The notes under the pieces are model-generated. The model was not told where the DNA came from. It searched no databases and worked only from the letters and a program-made list of their open reading frames with translations. Both the position numbers and the translations under genes were made by a program. A stretch of DNA of 64,000 bases from an uncultured Candidatus Accumulibacter sp. (GTDB taxonomy: Bacteria > Pseudomonadota > Gammaproteobacteria > Burkholderiales > Rhodocyclaceae), in NCBI GenBank assembly GCA_964420975.1, contig CAYQVH010000018.1, forward strand, positions 8,847 through 72,846, in the 5' to 3' direction. This document shows, piece after piece, positions 18,591 to 28,865 of this stretch. Every line of letters starts with the position of its first letter. The first letter of the stretch is position 1.

Positions 18591-21326
18591 TCAGTGCGCC
18601 TGGTCCCAGTTGGCGCCCACACCGACCTCGACGAGCAGCGGCACGCGCAGGTCGGCAACAGTGGTCATCAGCGCCGGCAGCTCGCGGCGCACGCGCGTCA
18701 GCTCGGCGTCCGGCACTTCGAGCACGAGTTCGTCGTGCACCTGCAGCAAGAGTCGCGTCTGCAACTGTTCGCGGTCAAGCCAGCGGAACACGGCGATCAT
18801 CGCCGACTTGATCAGATCGGCGGCTGAACCCTGCATCGGCGCGTTGATCGCGGCCCGCTCCGCGGCCTGACGCCGTGCCACCTGGCTCGAACGAATTTCC
18901 GGCAGCCAAAGGCGACGCCCATAGACTGTCTCGACGTAACCTTGACTGCGCGCCGTTTCGCGGGTCGTCGCCATGTACTGGGCGACGCCGGGGTAACGCG
19001 CGAAGTAGCGCTCGATGTAGGCCTGGGCGGCGCCGCGTTCGAGGTCAAGCTGGCGAGCGAGACCGAAAGCGCTCATGCCGTAGATCAGGCCGAAGTTGAT
19101 CACTTTGGCCACCCGCCGCTGGTCAGGGCCCACCTCGTCCGGTCGCACGCCGAAGATCTCCGCCGCCGTCGCCCGGTGCACATCCTCTCCGGAGGCGAAA
19201 GCTTGCAGCAGACGCGTGTCCTGTGAGAGATGCGCCATGATGCGCAGCTCGATCTGTGAGTAGTCGGCAGAGACGATCGAACTCCCCGGCGGGGCGATGA
19301 ACGCCGCACGGATACGCCGTCCCTCCGCCGTCCGCACCGGGATGTTCTGCAGGTTGGGCTCGCTCGACGCCAGACGTCCGGTCACCGCCACCGCCTGCGC
19401 GTAACTGGTATGCACGCGACCGGTCACCGGGTTGACCATCTTCGGCAACTTGTCGTTGTAGGTTCCCTTGAGCTTGGCGAGCTGCCGCGCTTCGAGCAGG
19501 ATCTTGGGCAGCGGATAGTCCAGGGCAAGTTCGGACAACACTTCCTCGTCGGTCGACGGGGTTCCCGACGGTGTCCGCTTCTTGACCGGGAGACCGAGCT
19601 GGTCGAACAGGATTTCGGCCAGCTGCTTCGGTGAGTTGACGTTGAACGGCTGACCGGCAGCGGCGTGCGCACGCGCTTCGAGTTCGAGCAGGCGGCGACC
19701 GATTTCGTCGCTCTGCTCGCGCAGCAAGTGCGTGTCAATCAGCACGCCGCAGCGTTCCATGGCAAAAAGCACTTCCCGAACCGGCATCTCGATGGTTTCG
19801 TAGACCCGGCGCAGACCGGGGTCGGCAGCGATCTGCGGATAAAGGACCTCGTGCAGGCGCAGACAGACGTCGGCGTCTTCAGCAGCGTAGGCCGTCGCCC
19901 GATCGATCGCGACCTGCGAGAAGCCGATCTGGTTGACCCCTTTCCCACACAGTTCCTCGTAGGCGATTGTCGGCAGACCGAGGTGACGCGTCGCCAGTTG
20001 TCCGAGGTCGTGGCCACGCACGCCTTCCTTGCCTGACTCGAGGACGTACGATTGCAGCAGGGTATCGTGCTCGACGCCCGCCAGACGAATGCCATGATTG
20101 GCGAAGACGTGCTGGTCGTACTTGAGGTGCTGGCCGATCTTGGCGTGCGCCGACGACTCGAGCCACGGTTTCAGGCGCGCCAGAACGTCACTGCTCGCGA
20201 GCTGCGACGGCGCCCCCGGATAGTCGTGCGCGAGCGGCAGATAGACGGCGTCGCCCGCGGCCACGGCGAAAGAGATACCGACCAGGCGAGCCGCCAAGGG
20301 GTCCAGGCTGGTCGTCTCGGTATCGAGCGCGGTCAGCGGGCTGTGCTCGATCTTGCTCAGCCAATCGACAAAGGCCGACCAGTCGCCGAGCGTGCGATAG
20401 CCCTCACGGTGGCTGCCGTCGCTGGGTTGACGCGCCGGCGGGGCAGAGACGTCCACGGCCGGAGTTGACGGCTCGCCAGAGACCTCGCGCAGCCACGAAC
20501 GCATCTCGTAGCGCGTAAACAGTTCAACCAGGCGCTCACGGTCGGTGGGCCGCGGCGCCAGTTCAGGCAGCGTCAGCGGCAGATCGAGGTCGCAACGAAC
20601 GCTCAGCAGACGTCGGGCCAGCGGCAGGAAATCGAGCGACTTGCGCAGCCGGTCACCCACCACACCCGGCACCTCGCCGGCAGCGGCGATGACGCCGTCG
20701 AGCGACCCGTACTGGGTCAACCACTTGACCGCGGTCTTCGGCCCAACCTTGTCGACCCCCGGAACGTTGTCGACCGCGTCACCGACCAGCGCCAGATAAT
20801 CGACAATCCGTTCCGGCGGTACGCCGAACTTGGTGTGCACGCCGGCGACGTCGAGCGTCTCGCTAGTCATCGTGTTGATCAGCTTCACCCGCGGGCCGAC
20901 GAGTTGTGCCAGATCCTTGTCGCCGGTGGACACGACGACCTCGACCCCCTCAGCGGCTGCCTGCGTCGCCAAGGTCCCGATCACGTCGTCCGCTTCGACT
21001 CCGTCGACGATCAACAGCGGCCAGCCGAGCGCGGCGATCGCCGCCTGCAGCGGCTCGATCTGGCGTGCCAGATCCTCAGGCATCGACGGTCGATTGGCCT
21101 TGTACTCGGCATACCAGTCGTCACGAAACGTCTTGCCGCGGGCGTCGAAGACGCACGCCTTGTAAGCGACGTCGGCGGCACGATAGTCGGCATCCAGCCG
21201 GCGCAGCATGTTGAGCACGCCATGCAGCGCACCGGTCGGCTCGTTCTGCGTCGTCCGCAGATCGGGTAGCGCGTGAAAAGCACGATAGAGATACGAGGAA
21301 CCGTCGACCAGGAGCAGCGTGGGCAT
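18591..21326 (-). CDS. polA: DNA polymerase I
   Basis: LLVDGSSYLYRAFHA 5'-3' exonuclease, LDTET 3'-5' exonuclease, DYSQIELR, AKVINFGLIYG, QVHDE; start ATG 21326. Confidence 0.98.
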   Translation of the reverse strand: MPTLLLVDGSSYLYRAFHALPDLRTTQNEPTGALHGVLNMLRRLDADYRAADVAYKACVFDARGKTFRDDWYAEYKANRPSMPEDLARQIEPLQAAIAALGWPLLIVDGVEADDVIGTLATQAAAEGVEVVVSTGDKDLAQLVGPRVKLINTMTSETLDVAGVHTKFGVPPERIVDYLALVGDAVDNVPGVDKVGPKTAVKWLTQYGSLDGVIAAAGEVPGVVGDRLRKSLDFLPLARRLLSVRCDLDLPLTLPELAPRPTDRERLVELFTRYEMRSWLREVSGEPSTPAVDVSAPPARQPSDGSHREGYRTLGDWSAFVDWLSKIEHSPLTALDTETTSLDPLAARLVGISFAVAAGDAVYLPLAHDYPGAPSQLASSDVLARLKPWLESSAHAKIGQHLKYDQHVFANHGIRLAGVEHDTLLQSYVLESGKEGVRGHDLGQLATRHLGLPTIAYEELCGKGVNQIGFSQVAIDRATAYAAEDADVCLRLHEVLYPQIAADPGLRRVYETIEMPVREVLFAMERCGVLIDTHLLREQSDEIGRRLLELEARAHAAAGQPFNVNSPKQLAEILFDQLGLPVKKRTPSGTPSTDEEVLSELALDYPLPKILLEARQLAKLKGTYNDKLPKMVNPVTGRVHTSYAQAVAVTGRLASSEPNLQNIPVRTAEGRRIRAAFIAPPGSSIVSADYSQIELRIMAHLSQDTRLLQAFASGEDVHRATAAEIFGVRPDEVGPDQRRVAKVINFGLIYGMSAFGLARQLDLERGAAQAYIERYFARYPGVAQYMATTRETARSQGYVETVYGRRLWLPEIRSSQVARRQAAERAAINAPMQGSAADLIKSAMIAVFRWLDREQLQTRLLLQVHDELVLEVPDAELTRVRRELPALMTTVADLRVPLLVEVGVGANWDQAH

Positions 21327-21500
21327 CGGCAGACCATGGACAGGAGAGGAAAAAAACAACGGCTTGCACCGCACGCGCCGACAGCTACCTGGCCCGGCGA
21401 CCCCGGCGGCGCGGGCTGGCGAGCGGGTTAGCCGACAAACTGTACTACAATCGGGCGGTCAACTTCCCGCCGATCGTTCGACTTTTCCGAAGGACCTTGC

Positions 21501-21851
21501 ATGCGTCGCCAGACTGCCCTTGCCGTCGCCCTCGCCGTTTTCGCCCTGACTGCCAACGCAGCGTTGGCTCAGAACACGACCAACCTGCAACCGCTGCCCG
21601 CCGTACCCCCGCCACCACCCGACATGGCGCCGATGGACGCCGCGCTTGAACCGCAGGTGACGATCCGGAAACGCGAAGGCGACACGATCGAGGAGCATCG
21701 CATCAACGGTCGCTTGTATCGGGTCAAAGTCACCCCGGCGAACGGCATTCCCTATTGGCTCATCGACCGCCAGGGCGACGGCAACTTCACGCAGGAGACG
21801 ATGGGCAACGCCGACGTCGCCGTCCCGCAGTGGGTGATCGGCACGTTCTGA
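21501..21851 (+). CDS. DUF2782 exported protein
   Basis: Signal peptide; EPQVTI, IEEHRINGRLYRVKVTP, PQWVI; usual position beside polA. Confidence 0.85.
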   Translation: MRRQTALAVALAVFALTANAALAQNTTNLQPLPAVPPPPPDMAPMDAALEPQVTIRKREGDTIEEHRINGRLYRVKVTPANGIPYWLIDRQGDGNFTQETMGNADVAVPQWVIGTF

Positions 21852-21899
21852 ACGCATGGCGAGACCGTCGCACGCGTCGCCTGGGGTGTCCTGACCGCG

Positions 21900-22844
21900 A
21901 TGTCGGTGTTCACCCGTCCGCCGCCGGAGGAGCTGACCGCCTGGTTGGCGGGCTACCCCCTGGGACACTTGCGCCGGATCGAAGAGATCGCCGAGGGAGT
22001 CCAGAATTCAAACTTTTATCTCGCTACCGCAACCGGCGAGTACGTGTTGACGATCGTCGAACAAGCGAGCGGTGAAGCGATCGACTTCCACACCCGCTTG
22101 ATGGCGCATCTGGCGAGCCGCGGCATCCCCTGCCCGGCGCCGCTCGCCAACCACCGCCAGGAATACGTGACGAAGCTTGTCGGCAAACCGGCGGTCATCG
22201 TCAGCCGGCTTCCCGGCGCAGCGGTGCGGCAGCCGACGCCAACCCAGTGCGCCGCCGTCGGCACGTTCTTGGCCGATCTCCATCTGGCCGCAGCGACTTG
22301 TCCGGCACCGCTGCACCATCTGCGCGACACCTCGTGGTGCGTTGCGGTCGCCGAACAGGTCATGGCACGGCTGACTCCCAGCGACGCGTCCCTGCTTGCA
22401 GACGAGTTGTGCCATCAGCGCCACGCCCGGCCGCTTGACCTGCCTCGAGGCGTCATCCACGCGGATCTCTTTCGCGACAATGTACTGTTTCTTGGCGATC
22501 GCATCAGTGGCGTCGTCGACTTCTACTTTGCCGGCGTCGACGATTGGCTGTTTGATCTCGCGGTTACGGTCAACGATTGGTGCACGACCGGCGACGGGCA
22601 TGTGGACGACGAACGGTCGGCGCCTCTGCTTGCCGCGTACGACGCGTGTCGCCCCTTGCTGCCGGTTGAGCGGTCAGCTTGGCCGACACTGCTCCGGGCG
22701 GCAGCCTTACGCTTCTGGCTGTCGCGGCTGTACGACTGCTATCTGCCAAGACCCGGCAACCTGGTCACGCAGCGTGACCCAGAAGTCTTTCGAAAGATTC
22801 TGTTCAACCACCGCGCCGCCGCCTCGCCGATAATCTCCGGTTAG
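21900..22844 (+). CDS. thrB: Homoserine kinase type II
   Basis: MSVFT, GVQNSNF, GVIHADLFRDN, DFYFAG, RAAALRFWLSR. Confidence 0.92.
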   Translation: MSVFTRPPPEELTAWLAGYPLGHLRRIEEIAEGVQNSNFYLATATGEYVLTIVEQASGEAIDFHTRLMAHLASRGIPCPAPLANHRQEYVTKLVGKPAVIVSRLPGAAVRQPTPTQCAAVGTFLADLHLAAATCPAPLHHLRDTSWCVAVAEQVMARLTPSDASLLADELCHQRHARPLDLPRGVIHADLFRDNVLFLGDRISGVVDFYFAGVDDWLFDLAVTVNDWCTTGDGHVDDERSAPLLAAYDACRPLLPVERSAWPTLLRAAALRFWLSRLYDCYLPRPGNLVTQRDPEVFRKILFNHRAAASPIISG

Positions 22845-22873
22845 CCGCTGCGAACCTCTGGCTGCTCTCGATC

Positions 22874-23617
22874 ATGGACCAAGACCGCTTTCCGATACCC
22901 GCCCCGGCTTTCGACGGCGCCAGCCGCCAAGTCGAAATAGGCAACCTCTTCCAGTGGTTTCGCGAAGGATGGGCGGCCTTCGTGGTCAATCCCGGGAACT
23001 GGCTGGCGATGATGCTGATCGTCGTCATCGCCTTCATCGGCGTTTCGATCGTTCCCTTCCTCGGCGGAATCGTCGCCCAGTTGCTGACCCCGTTGCTCGC
23101 CGCCGGACTGCTCGTCGCTTGCCGCAAGATCGCCAACGAGCAGCCGTTCACCGTCGCCGACCTGTTCGCCGGTTTCCAGCAGAAGACCGGGGAATTGCTG
23201 ATGCTCGGCGTCGTCTATCTGGTCGCCGTGTGGGTCATCGCGCTGCTCGTCGTGCTCTTCGCCGGCGGTGGCGTCGTGGGCGGCCTGGCGATGGGCAACC
23301 CGCTCGGCCTCGTGCTCGCCGCCGGTGGCTTTCTCGTCGGCGGCCTGCTCTGGCTGCTGCTGTCCATTCCACTGACCATGGCGATGTGGTTCGCGCCGGC
23401 CCTCGTCCTCTTTAACGACATGGCGCCGGTGGCTGCGCTGAAAGCCAGTTTCCAGGCTTGGCTGAAAAACTTCACGACCTTCCTCGTCCTCGGACTGCTG
23501 CTGCTGATCGCCACTTTTTTCGCCGTCCTGCCTTTTGGCCTCGGCCTGCTGGTGCTTGGCCCGGTCGTCGCGGGGACCGTTTATGCGTCGTACCGCGACA
23601 TTTTTCTGACTACTTGA
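22874..23617 (+). CDS. BPSS1780 family membrane protein
   Basis: WFREGW, LFAGF, WFAPALV, N..TFL pattern; follows thrB. Confidence 0.8.
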   Translation: MDQDRFPIPAPAFDGASRQVEIGNLFQWFREGWAAFVVNPGNWLAMMLIVVIAFIGVSIVPFLGGIVAQLLTPLLAAGLLVACRKIANEQPFTVADLFAGFQQKTGELLMLGVVYLVAVWVIALLVVLFAGGGVVGGLAMGNPLGLVLAAGGFLVGGLLWLLLSIPLTMAMWFAPALVLFNDMAPVAALKASFQAWLKNFTTFLVLGLLLLIATFFAVLPFGLGLLVLGPVVAGTVYASYRDIFLTT

Positions 23618-23630
23618 ACGCTTTGACACC

Positions 23631-24407
23631 ATGCAAGCACTGACGCTTTCCGCCGCTCACGGCTGGCGCTGGCTGGCCGAGGGTTTCCGCCTGTTTCGGC
23701 GCAACCACGTGATGCTGACCTTTCTGATCGTCAGCTACTGGTTGTTGATGGGCATCGTCAACATGATTCCCGTCGCCGGCACGATCGTCAGCACGCTGTG
23801 CATCCCGGCGTTTTCAGTCAGCTTGATGAACGCTTGCCGCAACATCGAGAACGGCCGACCGGTCACGCCCCAACTCCTGTTTTCCGGCTTTCACCAACAT
23901 CTGCGCCCGTTGCTGACGCTCGGTGGCGTTTATCTGGTGGCGATCACCCTCATTCTGTTCGTCTCCTCGCTTGCCGATGGCGGCGCGCTGTTACGACTAC
24001 TGCTGCTCGCCGACAAGCCGGAAGCCGAATTGCTGGCCGGCGGCGACCTGTTGTCCGCCGCCCAGATTGCGCTTGCCTTGCTCTGCCCGGTGATGATGGC
24101 CTACTGGTACGCGCCGGTGCTTTGCGGATGGCATGGCTTTTCAGCCGGCAAGGCGCTGTTCTTCAGCTTCTTTGCCTGCGCGCGCAATTGGCGCGCCTTC
24201 CTCACCTATTCGCTCGCGCTGCTGCTCGTCGCCCTGTTGCTGCCGATGGTCGTCATCGGAGTGCTCGCCGCCGTGCTGCCGGAAAGCGCCGGACTCGCCA
24301 CCTCGCTGGCGATGATCCTGATCATCCTGGTGCTGGCGCCGACCGTTTTTGCCAGTTTCTACGTCAGTTACCGCGAGGTGTTCGTCACCGGCGGCAGCGA
24401 TGCGTGA
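23631..24407 (+). CDS. BPSS1780 family membrane protein (tandem paralog)
   Basis: GWRWLAEGFRLF, LFSGF, WYAPVL, NWRAFL pattern. Confidence 0.8.
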   Translation: MQALTLSAAHGWRWLAEGFRLFRRNHVMLTFLIVSYWLLMGIVNMIPVAGTIVSTLCIPAFSVSLMNACRNIENGRPVTPQLLFSGFHQHLRPLLTLGGVYLVAITLILFVSSLADGGALLRLLLLADKPEAELLAGGDLLSAAQIALALLCPVMMAYWYAPVLCGWHGFSAGKALFFSFFACARNWRAFLTYSLALLLVALLLPMVVIGVLAAVLPESAGLATSLAMILIILVLAPTVFASFYVSYREVFVTGGSDA

Positions 24408-24460
24408 GACGCTGTGGAAGAAGCCGCCGAGCATTCTCGGCGGCGCCATCGATAGCGTGC

Positions 24461-24490
24461 CAGCCGTGCCCAGCCGTGCCCAGCCGTGCC
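24461..24490 (+). repeat. Tandem repeat (CAGCCGTGCC)x3
   Basis: Three exact 10-bp units, 24 bp upstream of the rsfS start. Confidence 0.85.
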
Positions 24491-24514
24491 ATTACCAGGA
24501 GAATTGACTTGCCG

Positions 24515-24895
24515 ATGAAACTTGCGCAACTGGAAAAAGTTGTCGTCGACGCGCTCGAAGACATCAAAGGCCGCGACATCGAGGTGATCGACACCAGCCG
24601 ACTGACGGCTCTGTTCGAACGCATGGTCATCGCCTGCGGCGACTCGAACCGGCAAGTCAAGTCGCTGGCGCGCAACGTCCAGGACAAGGTCCGCGCCGCC
24701 GGTGGCGACGTCCTTTCATGCGAGGGAGAAGAAGTCGGCGAGTGGATTCTGGTCGACCTCGGCGACCTCATCGTGCATGTCATGCAACCAGCCGTGCGCA
24801 GCTACTACAACCTGGAGGAACTGTGGGGCGGCAAGGGCCCGCTGCGCGCGCGCCGGGCGGCGACCGTCGAGGCCGGCGGCTTCGAGCGGCGGTGA
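24515..24895 (+). CDS. rsfS: Ribosome silencing factor (Iojap)
   Basis: LEDIKGRDI, WILVDLGDLIVHVMQP..R.YYNLEELW. Confidence 0.95.
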   Translation: MKLAQLEKVVVDALEDIKGRDIEVIDTSRLTALFERMVIACGDSNRQVKSLARNVQDKVRAAGGDVLSCEGEEVGEWILVDLGDLIVHVMQPAVRSYYNLEELWGGKGPLRARRAATVEAGGFERR

Positions 24896-24908
24896 GGCGA
24901 CGCGTTCC

Positions 24909-25379
24909 GTGCGACTCACCGTCCTTGCCGTCGGACACCGGCCGCCAGAGTGGGTTAGCCAGGGCTGCGACGAGTACGTCAAGCGCATGCCCCGCGAACT
25001 GCCCCTGGCGATCGTCGAAATCAAGCCGGCGACGCGCGGCAACAAGACGCGCGAGCAGCTCCTGGCGACGGAAAGGACGCGACTGCTGTCGGCACTCAAT
25101 GGCTACGACCGGATGATCGTCCTCGATGAAAAGGGGGAGGATCTGACGACCCTGGCGCTTGCCGGACGCTTGTCCGGATGGCTGCGTGCCGGTGGCGCGA
25201 CGGCGTTCGTCATCGGCGGCGCCGACGGCGTTGACGCCTCGCTGAAGCAGCAGGCGCAGGCCTTGATTCGCCTTTCCAGCCTGACACTGCCGCACGCCCT
25301 CAGCCGCCTCGTTCTCTGCGAACAGCTTTACCGGGCCTTCAGCATTCTTCGCCAGCACCCTTATCACCGCGAGGGTTGA
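24909..25379 (+). CDS. rlmH: 23S rRNA pseudouridine1915 N3-methyltransferase
   Basis: GTG start; FVIGGADG, LSSLTLPH, EQLYRA, HPYHR. Confidence 0.95.
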   Translation: MRLTVLAVGHRPPEWVSQGCDEYVKRMPRELPLAIVEIKPATRGNKTREQLLATERTRLLSALNGYDRMIVLDEKGEDLTTLALAGRLSGWLRAGGATAFVIGGADGVDASLKQQAQALIRLSSLTLPHALSRLVLCEQLYRAFSILRQHPYHREG

Positions 25380-26003
25380 GTGACGACCGCCGCCCAACCG
25401 CTTCGGATTCATCTCGCTTCCCGCAGTCCGCGCCGCCGCGACCTACTGCATCAGATCGGTGTCGGCTTCGATACCCTGCTCCTGCGCCAGCCACCGCGGG
25501 ATGCGCTGGAACTCGACGAGACCCCGTTTCGAAACGAAGAGCCGATGGCCTACATACAGCGCATCGCCCGGCGCAAGGCAGAGCATGGCTGGCGCATCGT
25601 GCAGTGGCGCCGACTGCGTTCGCAACCGGTGCTTGCCGCGGACACGACCGTGGACGTGGACGGCGAGTTGATCGGCAAGCCGACGAGCATCGACGAAGCA
25701 GAGCGCCTCCTGAAACGTCTTTCCGGCCGGACGCACCGCGTTCTGACAGCGGTCGCCGTAACCTGGGAAGAACGTCATCTGGAAGCCATTTCGGTCAGCG
25801 AGGTTCGCTTTCGGGTGGTCGACGACGACGAAATCGCTCGCTACATCGCCACCGGCGAGGCGATGGACAAGGCGGGAGGCTACGGAATTCAAGGGCGTGC
25901 CGGCATGTTCGTCGCGCATCTTGCCGGCAGCTACTCGGGCGTGATGGGCCTTCCGCTTTGCGAAACGGCGCTCTTGCTGAAACGATTCGGATGGACGCCG
26001 TAG
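25380..26003 (+). CDS. maf: Maf family nucleoside triphosphate pyrophosphatase (YhdE-like)
   Basis: LASRSPRR, LAADT, LSGRTH, DKAGGYGIQG, GSYSGVMGLP. Confidence 0.95.
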   Translation: MTTAAQPLRIHLASRSPRRRDLLHQIGVGFDTLLLRQPPRDALELDETPFRNEEPMAYIQRIARRKAEHGWRIVQWRRLRSQPVLAADTTVDVDGELIGKPTSIDEAERLLKRLSGRTHRVLTAVAVTWEERHLEAISVSEVRFRVVDDDEIARYIATGEAMDKAGGYGIQGRAGMFVAHLAGSYSGVMGLPLCETALLLKRFGWTP

Positions 26004-27748
26004 ACAAGTCGGCAGCGGCCACGCTCGAAAACCGCATCTTTGCCGAGCAAATCGACCTGGTTTACCGGCTGACGCCCCACACCCTGACCATGTCAATGAT
26101 CGGCTCAACGCTGGTCGTCGCCGTCCTCTGGACTTCGGCGCCGCGCGCGTGGTTGCTCGGCTGGTATTTGTTTCACCACCTCGTTACCGGCGCGCGTTAT
26201 CTGCTGATTCGCGTTTATCGCCGTGCCGCCCCAGCCGCCGACGCGGTGACACCCTGGAAGCAGCGCTTCGTCGCCGGTACGATCGCTGCCGGTAGCGTTT
26301 GGGGCGTCTGCGGCACAGCGCTATTGCCGCCCCCCGGCGAGGCGACGCAGTTCTTCATCGGACTCTATCTGGTGGGCGTCGCCGCCACCGGCATGTTCAG
26401 TCTGTCGCCCTATTTCTGGTCTTTCGTTCCTCTCGCCGGGGGCACCCTGCTACCGATGGCCGCCGTGCTTCTCGCTTCCGGTGTTGGCGGGCTGCAGCTC
26501 ACCGGGACGGCCATTTTTCTTTTCCTTTACATCGCCCTCGCCAATGCTCGGCGCTTCGAGCGCATGACGATCGAGTCGATCCGTCTGCGCCTGCAACTCA
26601 GCGAAGCGCGCGACGCCGCCGAAGCTGCAAACCGGGCCAAATCACGCTTCCTGGCCAACATGAGTCACGAGATCCGGACGCCGATGAACGGCGTGCTGGG
26701 CATCGCCGAATTGCTGCTTGCCTCCCCGCTCTCGGAAGTCCAGCACCAGCGTCTGGAAACGCTTTACCGTTCGGGCCAGGATCTGCTGGACGTGATCAAC
26801 GACATTCTCGACGTTTCGAAGATCGAGGCCGGCCGGCTCGAGCTTCGCAACGCCGTTTTTGACCTGCAGGCGATGCTCGGTGACCTGGTCGAAGCGTTTG
26901 CTGTACCCGCGGCGGCCAAGGGGCTGACGCTGACCCTGCAGGTCGCGGCCGACGTTCCGCTCGCCGTCGACGGGGACCTGCCACGCCTGCGTCAAGTGCT
27001 GACCAATCTCGTCGCCAACGCGATTCGATTTACCGAAACTGGCGGCGTCGCCTTGCTGGTCAGCCGTGACCTCGACAACCGTATCCGCTTCGTGGTGAAC
27101 GATACCGGTCCAGGGCTGGCGGCGGGCGAGTGCACGCGGGTATTTGACGCTTTTGCCCAAGCCGATGACTCTGACAGCCGTCGCTACGGCGGCACCGGAC
27201 TCGGTCTCGCCATTGCTCGCCAGATCGTCACCCTGATGCACGGCGAGATTGGCGTCGACAGCACACCCGGCGGCGGCTCGACGTTCTGGTTCGTCGTCCC
27301 TTTGAGCGCGGGCGAGCTACCGGCGCCTCAACCACTCCCTACTGTCACGGAGTCAACCTTGCAAACACTCAATGGTCATGTCCTGCTGGTCGAGGACAAT
27401 AGCGTCAATCGTATGGTGGCAGAAGCCTTCCTGCGTCGCTTCGGCTTGCAGGTGAGTGTCGCTGTTGACGGTGAGCAGGCCATCGCAATGACCGCCGCTC
27501 AGCGTTTCGACGTCATTCTCATGGACTGCCAGATGCCGAATATTGACGGCTTTGAAGCGACCCGAGTAATCCGGGCGCGCGAAAGCGAGCCGGAGAGCAA
27601 GGGTACCGCGCCGCTGCCGATCATTGCGCTCACCGCCAACGCCTTCGAAGGCGATCGCGATCGCTGCCTGAAGGCGGGAATGAGCGACTTCATCGCCAAG
27701 CCGTTCAAGCAGACCGAGCTCTACGAGATGCTTGCACGCTGGCTGTGA
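25991..27748 (+). CDS. Membrane-bound hybrid sensor histidine kinase/response regulator
   Basis: TM N-terminus; [16 protein letters not shown]-box, [19 protein letters not shown], receiver [10 protein letters not shown]; start ATG 25991 overlaps maf. Confidence 0.92.
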   Translation: MDAVDKSAAATLENRIFAEQIDLVYRLTPHTLTMSMIGSTLVVAVLWTSAPRAWLLGWYLFHHLVTGARYLLIRVYRRAAPAADAVTPWKQRFVAGTIAAGSVWGVCGTALLPPPGEATQFFIGLYLVGVAATGMFSLSPYFWSFVPLAGGTLLPMAAVLLASGVGGLQLTGTAIFLFLYIALANARRFERMTIESIRLRLQLSEARDAAEAANRAKSRFLANMSHEIRTPMNGVLGIAELLLASPLSEVQHQRLETLYRSGQDLLDVINDILDVSKIEAGRLELRNAVFDLQAMLGDLVEAFAVPAAAKGLTLTLQVAADVPLAVDGDLPRLRQVLTNLVANAIRFTETGGVALLVSRDLDNRIRFVVNDTGPGLAAGECTRVFDAFAQADDSDSRRYGGTGLGLAIARQIVTLMHGEIGVDSTPGGGSTFWFVVPLSAGELPAPQPLPTVTESTLQTLNGHVLLVEDNSVNRMVAEAFLRRFGLQVSVAVDGEQAIAMTAAQRFDVILMDCQMPNIDGFEATRVIRARESEPESKGTAPLPIIALTANAFEGDRDRCLKAGMSDFIAKPFKQTELYEMLARWL

Positions 27749-27791
27749 GTAGCTTCGCTGAGCCACCGGCGCGCCGCATAAAGTAGGCTGA

Positions 27792-28865
27792 CTACTTCGC
27801 CAACCAGCGTTCCATCGATCCTCGGCTCAGGCGTGCACCGAACGTCTCCAGCGTCCACCGCGCGACGTCGTCGGCGACTTCGCCGTCAACGCTGACGACG
27901 GTGCGCAGGTCGAGGTCATGCGTCGCCTGCGGCGCCACCGATTGGTTCATCATCGCCCGCAGCAAAGCGGTCGGCAGCAAGGCGTTGCGCACCCCGCAAC
28001 GATCAAGCAAAGTCAGCGCCTGGCACGCGTCGACGTGACCGTCGTAAGCCAGCAGCGGTGCGCCAAAATGCCAGGTAGGCAGGACCACGCCCCACAGCCC
28101 GGGGTTGCCCGCCCAGTCCGCCGGCGACCAGACAAGATCGCCGGCGAGTGGAAACGGGGCATGCCCTTCGAGAAAACGGCTGACCGCACCGAACAGGGTA
28201 CGGTGCGCGAGCACAGTACCGGGCGTCTTTTCGTCGTCGCCGTCAGGACCGACGATCATTGCTGCGTCGGCGGCCAGGGTGCGCCGCGGCGAGTAGCGTG
28301 GAGAGGCATGCTCGAGTACGGCGGACCACCGACAAACGTCGCCGGCAAGTCCGCAGCCGACGCCGATCAGATGTCGCAAGGCGTCCAGTTCACGACGCAC
28401 CGACTGGACAGCGTCGAGACCCGCCGCCGCCGCGATGAGAATGTGGGCGCCAGTGTCGCGCAGACGGCGCACGATGAGCGGTGGCGCCATGCGCCTCGGC
28501 AGCGGCACCAGCAACGCGCCCATCTGACAGACGGCGACCAAGGCGATCGCGTACTCCACCGACTGCGGCAGTGAGACCGCGACCCGATCGCCCGGCAGTG
28601 TTCCGAGCGCGGCGAGCACATTGGACAGACGGTTGGCCTGCTGTTGAATGTCCCAAAAACTGTACGCCGCGCGCCGCCCACCGGCGTCCTCGCAATAGAG
28701 CGCCAACCGGCCACGCTCGCCTGCCCAGCGACCACAGACGTCAACGGCGAGATTGAAATGCTCGGGCACCTGACCGTGGAATGGCCGCTGCTCGTCGCCG
28801 TTTTCAGTCGCCGAGGGTTCGTCGGCCGACGTGGCAGGGCATTCGCCGTGATCACCTGCCGCCAC
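27792..28865 (-). pseudogene. Truncated, degenerate acyl-CoA synthetase (ANL) homolog; pseudogene or pseudoenzyme
   Basis: N-terminal PEHFNLAVDVC, SNRLSNVL and GDRVAV match acyl-CoA ligases, but the A3 loop reads IVGPDGDDEKTPGTV and the ORF ends before A5-A10; start uncertain (GTG 28865 assumed). Confidence 0.6.

Noticed and set aside
25376-25990. 205-aa N-terminal extension of the hybrid kinase
   Set aside because: It is an alternative frame of maf with low-complexity Arg/Ala/Pro content; kinase-like sequence starts at 25991.
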